Part shown: positions 1 through 10,001 of the stretch, piece by piece
Layout: each line of letters starts with the position of its first letter
Numbering within the stretch: position 1 is the first letter of the stretch
Assembly (NCBI GenBank): GCA_963821225.1
Contig: CAWGCY010000006.1
Span: 275,217-339,216 of the forward strand
DNA length: 64,000 nt
Origin: Thermoanaerobaculia bacterium
GTDB lineage: Bacteria; Acidobacteriota; Thermoanaerobaculia; UBA5066
Direction: 5' to 3'
Position numbers and translations under genes: made by a program
The notes under the pieces: generated by a model
Told to the model about the DNA's origin: nothing
The model's database searches: none
The model's input: only the letters and a program-made list of their open reading frames with translations

Positions 1-548
1 CCCGCGGGGAGCTTCGACGTCGAGGACAGGATCGAGAAGATCGTTCCGCCCTGTGCGCGGATCGTGTCGGCGACCTCGCGGATGCTTCCCGCGCGGTCGG
101 GGATCACGAGGTTCACGCGCGTGTGCGTCCTCGAGGCGCCTGTGATTTCGACGAGCGCCCGGAACACGTCGCCCTCGGTCAGGATTCCGACGAGATTCCC
201 CTTTCCGTCCAGGACGGGCAGGCCCTCGACTCGTTTTTCGAGCATGACCGCCGCGGCTTTCTCGATCGGGGTCTCGGGGGCGACCGTCCAGGGCTTCTTC
301 GTCATCACGTCTGCGATCTTGAGCTTGTCGAGGACCGCGTGAAGCTCCCAGATGTCGAGAGTCGTGGCGCGGGAAGGTGAGACGTCCTTCAGGTCGCGGT
401 CGGACACGATCCCGACGAGCTTTCCGTTCCCGTTCACGATCGGGATCCGGCGGATGCGCTTCTCCTTCATCAGGTGGATCGCGACCGAGATCGAGTCGGT
501 CGGCTGGAGCGTGACGACCTTCGGGGACATCCACTTCGAGACGCGCAT
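1..548 (-). CDS. CBS-pair + ACT domain protein (AcuB-like), 3' end runs off the window
   Basis: Missing from the ORF track. Manual translation from ATG at 548 (SD GGAGG): MRVSKWMSPKVVTLQPTDSISVAIHLMKEKRIRRIPIV...LVGIVSDRDLKDVSPS...LVGILTEGDVF...IPDRAGSIREV, i.e. two CBS repeats then ACT. Confidence 0.85.
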   Translation of the reverse strand, partial: MRVSKWMSPKVVTLQPTDSISVAIHLMKEKRIRRIPIVNGNGKLVGIVSDRDLKDVSPSRATTLDIWELHAVLDKLKIADVMTKKPWTVAPETPIEKAAAVMLEKRVEGLPVLDGKGNLVGILTEGDVFRALVEITGASRTHTRVNLVIPDRAGSIREVADTIRAQGGTIFSILSSTSKLPA

Positions 549-613
549 GGCGAACCTCCGTCGGCCTTTCCATTCAACCGGGAAAGCCAGCGCCGAGCGA
601 TGATTCCCCTGAA

Positions 614-3094
614 TCAGGCGTCCGGCCGCGCAGGGCTCATGAGCTCGAGGCCCGGGCGCTGGGGACCGAGCCCCAGCGCCAGCTCGACCTCCTCGGCGGG
701 AACGGGCCGGCCGAAGAGGAAGCCCTGGACGTCCGGGCAGCCGAGAGCGCCGAGCAGGGCGGCCTGCTCCTCCGTCTCGACGCCCTCGGCCGTCACGTCG
801 AGGCCGAGGTTGCTCGCCATCGAGATGATCGTCGCGACGATGGCCTTGTCTTTCTCGTCGTGGGTCATCCCCGCCACGAAGGACTGGTCGATCTTCAGGC
901 GCCGGATGGGGAAGTGCTTGAGGTAGTTCAGCGACGAGTGGCCGGTTCCGAAGTCGTCCATCGAAATCTGGACTCCGAATTCCGTCAGCTCGGTGAGCAT
1001 CCTGCCCGTGTGCGTCACGTCCTTCATCGCGATGCTCTCGGTGATCTCGAGCTCCAGGGAAGCGGGGGAGAGGCTCGTCTGCTCGACGATGAGCCGCACG
1101 GCTTGGGCGAAATCGCGCTGCTGAAACTGGCGCGCCGACACGTTCACCGACACGCGGAGCTGCGGGACGCCGCGGAACTGCCAGGACCGGGCCTGCTCGC
1201 ACGCACGCCTCAGGACCCACTCTCCCACGCGTGCGATGAGGCCGACGTCCTCGGCAAGGGGAATGAACTCGCGCGGCGACAGGATGCCCTTCTCGGGATG
1301 GCGCCAGCGGACGAGCGCCTCGACGCCGATGGGAACGCGCGTGGCGAGGCGCAGGATGGGCTGGTAATGAAGCACGAATTCGCCCCGGGGCAGGGCGCGC
1401 CGGAGCCCGCTCTCCATCGCGGCGCGTTCCTGGGACTGCTCCTGCATCTTGCGCGTGAAGAACTGGAAGCTGTTGCGGCCGGTCTCCTTCGCGCGGTACA
1501 TCGCGGTGTCCACGTTCGCCACGAGCATCTCGGCGTCCTGGCCGTCGCCGGGGAAGAGGCCGATCCCGATGGACGCCTCGACGAACAGCTCGCGCTTCTG
1601 GATCAGGAAGGGCTCGGACAGGACCTCCAGGATCTTGCGGGCCATCGTGGCGGCGTCGGCCTCGCGTTCGATTCCATTCAGCAGAAGGAGGAACTCGTCT
1701 CCGCCAACGCGCGCCACGGTGTCGTCCGCCCGGATGCAGCGCCGGAGCCGGTCGGCGGCCTTGACGAGAAGCTCGTCGCCGGCCGAGTGGCCGAGCGTGT
1801 CGTTCACACGCTTGAAATGGTCGAGGTCGAGAAACATCACCGAGAGGGACTGTCGCCGGCGCTGCGCGTGCAGGATCGCGAGCGAGAGCCTGTCGTTGAA
1901 CAGCACCCTGTTCGGCAGGTCCGTCAGCGCATCGTGATTCGCCTGGTGCCAGCGCTGCTGCTCGGCGCGCTTGCGGTCGGTGATGTCGATGAGGCTGCCT
2001 TCCATCACGGGCTCCCCGCCGCCTTCGGGCTCGAGGAGCGTCTCGTTCGCGAGGACCCACACCGCCGCGCCGTCCCGCCGTTTCAAGCAGAGCTCGAAAT
2101 TGACGAGCACCCGCTGGTGGGAAAGCCGGGCCAGGAAGGACTCCCGATCGGACGGCTCGGCATAGAGCTCGAGCGCGGAGACCTTGAGGACGTCTTCGCG
2201 GGAGGAATAGCCGAGAATTCGGGCGAAGGCCGAATTGCAGTCGAGAATCCTGCCGTCGAGCGTCGTGCGGAAGAGGCCCGCGAGATTTCGTTCGAAGAGC
2301 AGCCGGTAGCGGCGCTCGGAGGAGCTGAGAGCCTCGTCGTGCCGGCGGAGCAGTCGCGCGATCAAAGCCGACGCCCCCACCGCGAGAGCCCCGAGGAGGC
2401 CCGTCATCACGAGAATCGCGGCGATCAGCCGGCTGCGAGCCCAGCGCGTGGCCTGGCCGATGGCCGCGGAAAAGGCGTCCTCGAGGACGGTGGCGCTGTC
2501 GTTGAGCCGGTCGATCTCCTTCGCGAACGCCGAGTGAGCCGGCGGGGGAAGCGGCACCGGGGCATCGTGAACCCGCGTGCCGAGATCGATCATCTCGTCG
2601 ACCAGAAGGTCGGCGCGCTCCCAGACCTCGATCGCGCGCGAGAAGGGCGGGATGTCCTTGTAACGCAGGAAGAGTCGGGACATCTCCTCCACGTTGGAAA
2701 GGCTGTTGCGGCCTTCGAGGAAGCCCTGCTCGGCCGCGTGAACGTCCGGCTCGGGTTGCTGCAGGGCGAGCCGGGCCTTCCGGTCGCCGAGCGGCACCGC
2801 GAGCCGGCCGAGGAAACGCCTGTAATCGGCCTCGTCGCCGCTATCGAGGTACCGTGAGAGCGCGAGAGAGGCGTCCTTCTGGCCCTTCGACCAGTGGGAC
2901 TCGGCGCTCACGAACGCCTGAAGGCCGGCCAGGACGTTCAATCCGGAGGTGCCGAGAGCCACGAGGGCGCCGATCACGATCAGGAACAGAACGACCAGGA
3001 TCGCGATCCACCGGCCGACGTTGAGGGGCTTTTCTGCGGCGAGGCCTACCCCCGCGCGGCCCCGGAAGGCGTTCGGGACAGCCGAGTTTGCCAC
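614..3094 (-). CDS. Membrane-anchored PAS-GGDEF-EAL diguanylate cyclase/phosphodiesterase
   Basis: Two hydrophobic TM segments, PAS, VARVGGDEF preceded by an RADD I-site, GVEALVRW, ELEITE, MDDFGTG, LKIDQSF, AEGVE. Confidence 0.93.
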   Translation of the reverse strand: MANSAVPNAFRGRAGVGLAAEKPLNVGRWIAILVVLFLIVIGALVALGTSGLNVLAGLQAFVSAESHWSKGQKDASLALSRYLDSGDEADYRRFLGRLAVPLGDRKARLALQQPEPDVHAAEQGFLEGRNSLSNVEEMSRLFLRYKDIPPFSRAIEVWERADLLVDEMIDLGTRVHDAPVPLPPPAHSAFAKEIDRLNDSATVLEDAFSAAIGQATRWARSRLIAAILVMTGLLGALAVGASALIARLLRRHDEALSSSERRYRLLFERNLAGLFRTTLDGRILDCNSAFARILGYSSREDVLKVSALELYAEPSDRESFLARLSHQRVLVNFELCLKRRDGAAVWVLANETLLEPEGGGEPVMEGSLIDITDRKRAEQQRWHQANHDALTDLPNRVLFNDRLSLAILHAQRRRQSLSVMFLDLDHFKRVNDTLGHSAGDELLVKAADRLRRCIRADDTVARVGGDEFLLLLNGIEREADAATMARKILEVLSEPFLIQKRELFVEASIGIGLFPGDGQDAEMLVANVDTAMYRAKETGRNSFQFFTRKMQEQSQERAAMESGLRRALPRGEFVLHYQPILRLATRVPIGVEALVRWRHPEKGILSPREFIPLAEDVGLIARVGEWVLRRACEQARSWQFRGVPQLRVSVNVSARQFQQRDFAQAVRLIVEQTSLSPASLELEITESIAMKDVTHTGRMLTELTEFGVQISMDDFGTGHSSLNYLKHFPIRRLKIDQSFVAGMTHDEKDKAIVATIISMASNLGLDVTAEGVETEEQAALLGALGCPDVQGFLFGRPVPAEEVELALGLGPQRPGLELMSPARPDA

Positions 3095-3100
3095 GGGGGA

Positions 3101-3850
3101 TTATAGGGGCCGGGGGGGTGCGGCGGGCGCTTCGGCGACGTTGAGGCCCATGGTGCCGAGCAGGCGGCTCTCGTAGCGCGCGCCGTCGAGACCCGCCTCA
3201 CGCATGAGCGCCTGAACGCCTCGCTGGGCCGGGAATCGCTCGAGCGACTCCGGAATGTAGAGGTAGGTCTCGGGATCCCCGTGGAAGAGCCAGCCGACGA
3301 GCGGCATCACCGTCCGGAGATAGGCTTGATAGACGACGCCCGCCGCGCGGCCGTCGGGCTTTCCGAAGTCGAGGACGACGACGCGGCCATGGGGCGCGAG
3401 AACGCGGCGCATCTCCCGCAGGGCCGCGAGCGGGTCGGCGATGTTCCTCAGGCCGTAGCCCACGGTCACGACGTCGAAACGCCCGTCGGGAAACGGGAGG
3501 CGAAGCGCGTCCCCCTGTACGAACGCGCTCCGGCTCGCCGCGACGGACCGCCGCCTGGAGGCGACGCCGAGCATGGGCAGAGTGAAATCGAGTCCCGTGA
3601 TCTTCGAGCCGGGCCGGGCGTTCGCCTCGGCGAGGAACGAGAGATCGCCCGTGCCGCAGCACAGGTCGAGGATGCGGACCGGACCGGTGCGTCCTTCGAG
3701 GGCGAGCCGGATGGTGTCCTTCTTCCAGCGCCTGTGGAGACCTAGGCTCATCACGTCGTTCACGACGTCGTAGCGGGCGGCGAGGCGCGAGAACATCGCG
3801 CGAACCTTCGGGGCCCGTTGGTCGTCGTAGGAGAGATACTTGTTCCCCAC
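3101..3850 (-). CDS. ubiE: Ubiquinone/menaquinone biosynthesis C-methyltransferase (UbiE/MenG)
   Basis: MFSRLAARYDVVNDVMSLGLHRRWK, ILDLCCGTGDL, GYGLRNI, YLYIPESL. Start trimmed to GTG 3850, 6 nt after TACAAT. Confidence 0.88.
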   Translation of the reverse strand: MGNKYLSYDDQRAPKVRAMFSRLAARYDVVNDVMSLGLHRRWKKDTIRLALEGRTGPVRILDLCCGTGDLSFLAEANARPGSKITGLDFTLPMLGVASRRRSVAASRSAFVQGDALRLPFPDGRFDVVTVGYGLRNIADPLAALREMRRVLAPHGRVVVLDFGKPDGRAAGVVYQAYLRTVMPLVGWLFHGDPETYLYIPESLERFPAQRGVQALMREAGLDGARYESRLLGTMGLNVAEAPAAPPRPL

Positions 3851-3863
3851 GGAGCGATTGTAG

Positions 3864-4514
3864 GTGGAGCGGTTTCTCTTCGACGGCCCGGCGAACGCGC
3901 GGCGCACGCTCGTTCTCGCGCACGGCGCGGGGGCTCCGATGGACTCTCCCTTCCTGGAGGCCATCGCGAAGGGGATCGCCTCTGCCGGTTTTCGCGTCGC
4001 GCGCTTCGAGTTTCCGTACATGCGCGCGCGCCGCGAGGGAGGGAAGAAGGGACCACCGGACCGCGGGCCCATTCTGTCCGGGAGCTGGCGCGAGGCGATT
4101 CGCGGCCTCTCTGGGAAGGATGGTCCAGGTGCCCTCGTCATCGGGGGAAAGTCGATGGGCGGCCGCATCGCCAGTATGGTGGCGGACGAGGCCGGCGTCG
4201 GCGGCCTCGTCTGTCTGGGATACCCCTTCCACCCGCCCGGCCAGCCGGACAAGCTCCGCGTCGCGCACCTCGAAAACCTAAGGACTCCCGCGCTGATCGT
4301 CCAAGGCGAGCGCGACGCTTTCGGAACGCGCGAGGAGGTCGCCCGCTATCGCCTTTCGAAGAACATCCGGATTCTCTTCCTCGAGGACGGCGACCACTCG
4401 TTCAAGCCGCGCTCGTCTTCGGGTCGCACTGAGGCGCAGAACCTCGCGGAGGCCGTGGCGCTCGTCACGGCGTTTCTCGAGGAATCGTTGCTCGGGTCTC
4501 CCCGATCCGCATAA
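3864..4514 (+). CDS. Alpha/beta-hydrolase superfamily protein (Abhydrolase_11/KANSL3-like)
   Basis: LAHGAGAPMDS, GGKSMGGR nucleophile elbow, QGERDAFG, DGDHSF. Confidence 0.88.
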   Translation: MERFLFDGPANARRTLVLAHGAGAPMDSPFLEAIAKGIASAGFRVARFEFPYMRARREGGKKGPPDRGPILSGSWREAIRGLSGKDGPGALVIGGKSMGGRIASMVADEAGVGGLVCLGYPFHPPGQPDKLRVAHLENLRTPALIVQGERDAFGTREEVARYRLSKNIRILFLEDGDHSFKPRSSSGRTEAQNLAEAVALVTAFLEESLLGSPRSA

Positions 4515-5424
4515 CCCACGCCCGCCGGTCGGGAATTCCCGCCCGGCTGGCAGCGGCGCGAAACCGGCCGGGAGGCTCGAACGGGGGCTCGTCCGTCAGG
4601 ACGATCGTGCCCCAATGCATCGCGACGAGCGTCTTCGCGCCCACGTCGCGGCCGACATAGACGGCCTCCTCGGGGGTGCAGTGCACGGGCCGCATGATCG
4701 AGGCGGGCTCGTACGCGCCGATCGGCACGAGGGCGAGGTCGAACGGGCCGATGCGCCGTCCGATCTCGGTGAAGACAGGGCCGTAGCCGGTGTCGCCTGC
4801 GAAAAAGATCTTGCGCGCGCGCGAGGCGATCGCCCAGGAGGCCCAGAGCGTCGCGTTCCGGTCGAACGGCGTCCGGCCGGAGAAGTGGTTCGAGGGCAGC
4901 GCGGCGAGGATGAAGTCGTCGCCGAGGCGCGTCTCCTCCCACCAGTGGAGCTCGCGCACGTCGCGATAACCGCGCCGCCGGAAAAAGGCGCCCAGGCCCG
5001 CCGGCACCGCCGCGACGAGGCGATCCTTGCCGGGCAGCGCCTCGACGGTGGGAGCGTCGAGGTGGTCGTAGTGGTTGTGCGAGAGGACAACGACGTCGAT
5101 CGGCGGGAGGTCCCCGAGCCGCAGACCGGGCGGCAGGAAGCGCATCGGGCCGAAGCCCGCAAAGGGGCTCGCCCGGTCGGAGAGAAAGGGATCCGTGAGA
5201 ACGGTCAGGCCGCCCGTTCGCAGAAGGAACGACGCGTGGCCGATCCACGTGAGCGACTCTGGACCCGCGCCTCGAAGCTGCTCCCTCGCCTCGGAAAGAG
5301 GCACGACGTGGCCGGCCGCAACCGTCGGCTGGTGTCTGTTGCGAAGGCGTCGCAGGAAGAACGGCGCGAATTCGGCGAGCCCCGCAGTCCGGGGAAGGCT
5401 TCCCTCTGGGTTTCGGAACCGCAC
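4465..5424 (-). CDS. MBL-fold metallo-hydrolase (NAPE-PLD/RomA-like)
   Basis: TWIGHASF, LSHNHYDHLD, FFAGDTGY, PIGAYEP, MHWGT. Start trimmed to GTG 5424. Confidence 0.88.
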   Translation of the reverse strand: MRFRNPEGSLPRTAGLAEFAPFFLRRLRNRHQPTVAAGHVVPLSEAREQLRGAGPESLTWIGHASFLLRTGGLTVLTDPFLSDRASPFAGFGPMRFLPPGLRLGDLPPIDVVVLSHNHYDHLDAPTVEALPGKDRLVAAVPAGLGAFFRRRGYRDVRELHWWEETRLGDDFILAALPSNHFSGRTPFDRNATLWASWAIASRARKIFFAGDTGYGPVFTEIGRRIGPFDLALVPIGAYEPASIMRPVHCTPEEAVYVGRDVGAKTLVAMHWGTIVLTDEPPFEPPGRFRAAASRAGIPDRRAWVMRIGETRATIPRETP

Positions 5425-5467
5425 GCGGACGGAGGATAGCGGAGGCGCGCGGTAGCATGAGCTCGTC

Positions 5468-6545
5468 GTGCTCGCTCTTGCCCTCGTCCTCCTCGCAGCG
5501 CCACGGTCTTCGGCTCTCGCACCGGCCTTCGACGGCGTGGCCGCGGAGCGGTTCGCGAATCTCGCGCTCGCGTGCGTGGCTCGCGAATATCCGAACAAGA
5601 TCGCGCACACGCTGGAAAGCGATGAGGACGCGAAGCCCCCGCGCCTCCTGACCCGCTGTCTTCTACGGCTGCTACGACTGGCACTCCGCCGTCCACGCTC
5701 ACTGGCTGCTGGTCCGGCTCGCCCGCACGTTTCCCGAAGCTCCCTTCGCGAGGAAGGCCAGGGAGGCCCTGGGGAAGAGCTTCACACCTGCAAACGTCGC
5801 GGGGGAAGTGCGGTACCTGGCCGGCCCGGGACGCGCGACGTTCGAGCGGCCCTACGGCCTCGCGTGGCTGCTTCAGCTCGCCGCTGAGCTCCGGGACTGG
5901 GACGAACCCGAGCCCCGGCGGTGGGCGGCGGCGCTGAGACCGCTCGAGGAAGCCGCCGAGGCCCGGCTCCGCGAATGGATCCCAAAACTCTCGTACCCGA
6001 TCCGCGAGGGCGAGCATGCGCAGTCGGCGTTCGCCTTCGGGCTCATCCTCGACTGGGGCAAGGTCACCGGGAACAAGGTCATGGTCGCCCTTCTCGAGAA
6101 GCGCGTCCGGGAGCTCTATCTGAACGATCGCGCTTGTCCGCTTTCGTACGAGCCCTCGGGGCAGGATTTCGTGTCGCCGTGTCTCGCAGAGGCCGACCTC
6201 ATGCGCCGTGTCCTCCCGCCCGAGCGCTTCGCCGGATGGCTCGAGGCGTTTCTCCCGTCGATTCCGAAGGAGAGATCCGTCGCGTGGCTGCCCCTGGGGG
6301 TCACGACCGATCCCTCCGACGGGAAGCTCGCGCACCTGGACGGTCTGAATCTCAGCCGCGCCTGGATGCTGGAAGGGATCGTCTCGGGGCTTCCGCCGAC
6401 GGACTTGCGGCTGCCCGCGCTGCTCGCCGCGGCCGCCGCGCACCGGGAATGCGGGCTCGCAGCCGCCACGGGCGCGCACTACGAAGGCGGCCACTGGCTC
6501 GGCACGTTCGCCGTCTACCTCACGACCGGGCGCGGCCTCCGATGA
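5468..6545 (+). pseudogene. DUF2891-family protein split by a frameshift near 5651-5655
   Basis: Signal peptide and REYPNKIAH are in one frame. The conserved FYGCYDWHSAVHAHW, FERPYG, HLDGLNLSRAW and HYEGGHWL motifs continue in another frame after ...CTGACCCGCTGTCTTC. Confidence 0.75.
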
Positions 6546-6548
6546 TGG

Positions 6549-6872
6549 TCAATCCTCCAGGTCCTGCCGGAACGCCGGCTGTGCGGGATCCACGCGGCCG
6601 TCGGTGACCGAGGCGAGAAGACGCTCGTAAGCGCGTGTCGCCTCCGGAAGCGACGGGTAGCCGCGTTCCCGTTGCAGCGTCCCGCCACCCGAGTAGACGA
6701 GCGTGAAATAGCGGCCAGACGCGTACTCGAGCTCGATCAGGTCGGCCGGCCCGTCCGGATCGCCCTCTTGACCGAGTACGTCCATCAGGGCGACGGTCCA
6801 CCGTCGTCCCTTCGGATCTGTGACGATCTGGCGCTCGAGGTACTGCCAATCGTCCAGGTGCCAGGGCGGCAT
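6549..6872 (-). CDS. Hypothetical protein, last gene of OOR-1 run
   Basis: 107-aa ORF with normal composition, 6 nt downstream of the receiver gene. Confidence 0.65.
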   Translation of the reverse strand: MPPWHLDDWQYLERQIVTDPKGRRWTVALMDVLGQEGDPDGPADLIELEYASGRYFTLVYSGGGTLQRERGYPSLPEATRAYERLLASVTDGRVDPAQPAFRQDLED

Positions 6873-6878
6873 CGATGA

Positions 6879-7286
6879 TCAGGGCCGGGTGACGGCGTGA
6901 TCCGGCGACAGGGAGGCCGAGAGCAGCTGGTCGAGCGCGCGTGCGACCTGCGCACCGGTGAACGGTTTCGGGATCAGGAGGACATGGTCGGCCTGCCGCG
7001 ATCGAAGGCTGGCGTCCGCGGCCTCCGGCGTATCGCTGATGATGACGACCGGAAGGTCGGCGCAAGCCGGCTCGCATCGCACCATGTCGAAGAGCGATTC
7101 GCTCATGTCGAAGGCGGAACAATCGAGGACGAGCGCGTCGGCGCGCTCCTCGACGACCCGCTCGCCGACCGCGACCGTGTAGCCGGTGGCGACGACCTCA
7201 TACCCGTGGTCGCGCAGCGCGAAGCTCAGAAGTTCGGCGATCTCGGGCGTGTCGTCGATGAGCAGAATGCGCCGCGGCGTTTTCAC
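6879..7286 (-). CDS. Single-domain response regulator receiver
   Basis: RILLIDD, LVLD, VVIISD, IPKPF motifs. GTG start overlaps the upstream stop (GTGA). Confidence 0.8.
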   Translation of the reverse strand: MKTPRRILLIDDTPEIAELLSFALRDHGYEVVATGYTVAVGERVVEERADALVLDCSAFDMSESLFDMVRCEPACADLPVVIISDTPEAADASLRSRQADHVLLIPKPFTGAQVARALDQLLSASLSPDHAVTRP

Positions 7287-7663
7287 TTCTTGCCGGAGCC
7301 GCTGCCCGGCAGGCGGTTCTTCTCTCCCGCGGACGGCTCCAGGTCGAACACCCACGACCGTCCGCCGGCCGTGTAGTAGGCGCGTCGATCGCTCTCGACC
7401 ATCGCGCCGAATGCCTCCAGCGTGCGCATGGCGAACGTGTAGCCCGCGAACTTGCCGCGCACGTGGTTCAGCACCTCGGTCGTGTGCCAATTCTCGGTGA
7501 GGAGGGCGTCGCCGGCATGGACGCTGAGGACGGTGTAGAAGCGATCGTGAGCGGCCTCGGCCCGCACCTCGCGCGTCGCGCCGCGCTTCTTTCCTTCGGT
7601 GACGATGTAGCTTTCCTGAACCACGGCGGCAGGCGGATGGGTCGTGTCACTCATGAGCTTCAC
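7283..7663 (-). CDS. Hypothetical protein
   Basis: 126-aa ORF (alternative start ATG 7654) 3 nt downstream of the OOR-1 beta stop. Confidence 0.65.
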   Translation of the reverse strand: MKLMSDTTHPPAAVVQESYIVTEGKKRGATREVRAEAAHDRFYTVLSVHAGDALLTENWHTTEVLNHVRGKFAGYTFAMRTLEAFGAMVESDRRAYYTAGGRSWVFDLEPSAGEKNRLPGSGSGKK

Positions 7664-7666
7664 GTC

Positions 7667-8731
7667 CTAGACGGTCTGCGCAACTTCGCTGGCCGCTTCC
7701 GCAGCCGCCATGTCGGTCAGGTTCTTCGCTTCGGCCGTTCTCAGCAGGACCTCCGGCAGCTCGACACCCATCATTTTCCACTGGGCGTTGGCAAACTTCT
7801 GCAGCGTCGCGATGTGCTCGGCGTGGAGGTGGCCGAAGCGCCCCTGCAGCTTCAGGTACTCGGATACCGGCCGCATGGTCTGCGGGCGGAAGGTGTAATC
7901 GAACTCGCGTTGCTGGGGATCCCATTCCCAGATGGGATACAGCCCGCATTCGACCACGAGGCGGCCGAGATCGATCGAGCGCGGCGTCTCGTACACGAAA
8001 CCCTTCTGGCACGGCGTGTAGATCATCATGAACGCCGCGCCTCTGTGGTTGAGCGCCTTGCGCACCTTGTTCATCAGGTCGATGGGGTAGCCCACGCTCG
8101 CGGTTGCCACGTAGCAGTGCGGGTGGCCGGCCGCCATCATCCGGGCAAGGTCCTTGGGGAACAGGGTCTTGGCCTCCGGGACCATTTTTCCCGGAGGCGA
8201 GAAGGTGGTCATGCCGCCGTAAGGCGTCCGGGAAGAAGCCTGGATGCCCGTGTTCGCGTACTGCTCGTTGTCGTAGCAGATGATCAGGCAGTCGTGATTC
8301 CGGTAGAGGGCGCCCGAGATCGACGCGAGCCCGATGTCGGACGCGCTGCCGTCGCCCGCTTCGCAGATGATGTTCGGAAACGGGCCCTTCCACTTGCCCT
8401 TGCGGATCATCGCCTCGTACGCGGCGGCAACGCCCGCGGTGAAGCTGCCCGAGCTGCCGATCTGCGTGTGCGCCCAGGGCACGTTGTAGGGCGTGCAGAG
8501 ATAGGAGCTGTTGGCGACGTACATGCAGCCGGTCGGTCCGACCAGGATCGTGTTGTCGCCCGCGGCCTTGCTCGTCATCCGGTACTGGATGGATGGCCCG
8601 CAGCCGGCGCACGTCCGGTGACCGGGGACGAAGGGCTCCGTCGCCGGCAGGTCGGGATTGTAGAAACGCGCCCCCTGGTTCGGGCTCCCGAACATCGGCA
8701 GGAACTGCCGCTCCACTTTGACCGCTGACAT
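7667..8731 (-). CDS. oorB: Oxalate oxidoreductase-type beta subunit (TPP-binding), copy 1
   Basis: [25 protein letters not shown]...[15 protein letters not shown] motif, PCQKG. Start trimmed to ATG 8731. Confidence 0.85.
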   Translation of the reverse strand: MSAVKVERQFLPMFGSPNQGARFYNPDLPATEPFVPGHRTCAGCGPSIQYRMTSKAAGDNTILVGPTGCMYVANSSYLCTPYNVPWAHTQIGSSGSFTAGVAAAYEAMIRKGKWKGPFPNIICEAGDGSASDIGLASISGALYRNHDCLIICYDNEQYANTGIQASSRTPYGGMTTFSPPGKMVPEAKTLFPKDLARMMAAGHPHCYVATASVGYPIDLMNKVRKALNHRGAAFMMIYTPCQKGFVYETPRSIDLGRLVVECGLYPIWEWDPQQREFDYTFRPQTMRPVSEYLKLQGRFGHLHAEHIATLQKFANAQWKMMGVELPEVLLRTAEAKNLTDMAAAEAASEVAQTV

Positions 8732-8745
8732 CCTGTCCTCCGATC

Positions 8746-9987
8746 CTATTCCTCGAATCCGACCCAGTGGGTGCGCTTCTCGATCTTCCCGCGCTTCTTC
8801 GCTTCGAGCATCTTCTGCGTCATCCAGTAGAACTCTTTCAGCACGATCGCCTCGCCGCCCATTCCGGCCATGAACGAAACGACCAGCGGTCGCTGCGCGC
8901 TCTCGTAGAGCGCCGCGCAGGCCTCGGCGTACAGCACTCCGCCGCTCGACACGCTGCCGAGCCCCATGTTGGTTTCGATGACGCCGACGACCGCGAACCT
9001 CGAGAGCACGTCCTTGACGCGATCCGTCGGGTAGGGCCGGATCGTCCTGAGCCGCACGAGGCCGACTTTCGCGCCGCGCTGCCGCATGTGCTGAATCGCG
9101 TAGCGTGCCGTCACGCCGTGGGCGCCCTGCAGGAAGAAAACGACCTCGGCGTCCCCGGTCATGTATTCCTCGATCCACGGGTCGTACCGGCGCCCGAAGA
9201 TCCGGGCGAACTCCTCGTGCGCCTGCTCGATGACCGGCACGGCGCCTTCCATCGCGCGGGCCCGTTCGAGCTGCAGCGGCGGACCTTGCTCCGGCATGAT
9301 CTGCGGGCCGTGCGAGACGGGACGCCGCGGATCGAGCGGGTACGGATGCCTGTAGTCCGGCAGGAACTCCCTAACCTGGCCCGTGTCGGGCAGCTCGACG
9401 TCGGTCGTGATGTGCGAGACGAAGAACCCGTCCTGGCACACCATCTGCGGAAGGAGCACGCGCGGATCCTCGCCGATCCGGTAGCCGAGCAGATGATTGT
9501 CGAACGCTTCCTGCGCGTCGCACGCCCAGCCCATGAGCCAGCCCATGTCGCGCGTCGAGAGCGCGTCCGTGTGCTCGGACCCGAAATCGCCCGGCGGATC
9601 GAGCGTGCGATCGGCGATCATCATCTGCACGGGCATCCGCGTACCCGAGATCGGCGAATAGAGCTCGTACGCGAACTGCACGCCGACGCCCGAGCTGCCG
9701 GTGAACACGCGCGCCCCGCTCGAGGAGGCGCCGTGCGCGATGCTCAGCTGCGAGTGCTCGCTGTCCGCCACGATGTACTCGGCATCCAGCTCGCCGTTGG
9801 CCACCATCTGCGCGAGCGCGATCATCGTCGCCGTGTAGGGCCGGATCGGATAGGCCGTGATCACGTCGACGTCGGCGTACTTGGCGGCCTGCGCCGCCGC
9901 GACGCAGCCGTTGATCCGGACCTTCTTCTTCTGCATCACCGCGGTCGTCACGTGGGGCTTCTTCTTCGGTTCCACTGCGGTCGACAT
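8746..9987 (-). CDS. oorA: Oxalate oxidoreductase-type alpha subunit, copy 1
   Basis: YPIRP (OOR-type; PFOR has YPITP), SEH, ADRTLDPPGDFGSEHTD, HGPQI. Start ATG 9987. Confidence 0.87.
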   Translation of the reverse strand: MSTAVEPKKKPHVTTAVMQKKKVRINGCVAAAQAAKYADVDVITAYPIRPYTATMIALAQMVANGELDAEYIVADSEHSQLSIAHGASSSGARVFTGSSGVGVQFAYELYSPISGTRMPVQMMIADRTLDPPGDFGSEHTDALSTRDMGWLMGWACDAQEAFDNHLLGYRIGEDPRVLLPQMVCQDGFFVSHITTDVELPDTGQVREFLPDYRHPYPLDPRRPVSHGPQIMPEQGPPLQLERARAMEGAVPVIEQAHEEFARIFGRRYDPWIEEYMTGDAEVVFFLQGAHGVTARYAIQHMRQRGAKVGLVRLRTIRPYPTDRVKDVLSRFAVVGVIETNMGLGSVSSGGVLYAEACAALYESAQRPLVVSFMAGMGGEAIVLKEFYWMTQKMLEAKKRGKIEKRTHWVGFEE

Positions 9988-10001
9988 ATGAGCCCTCAGC
10001 C

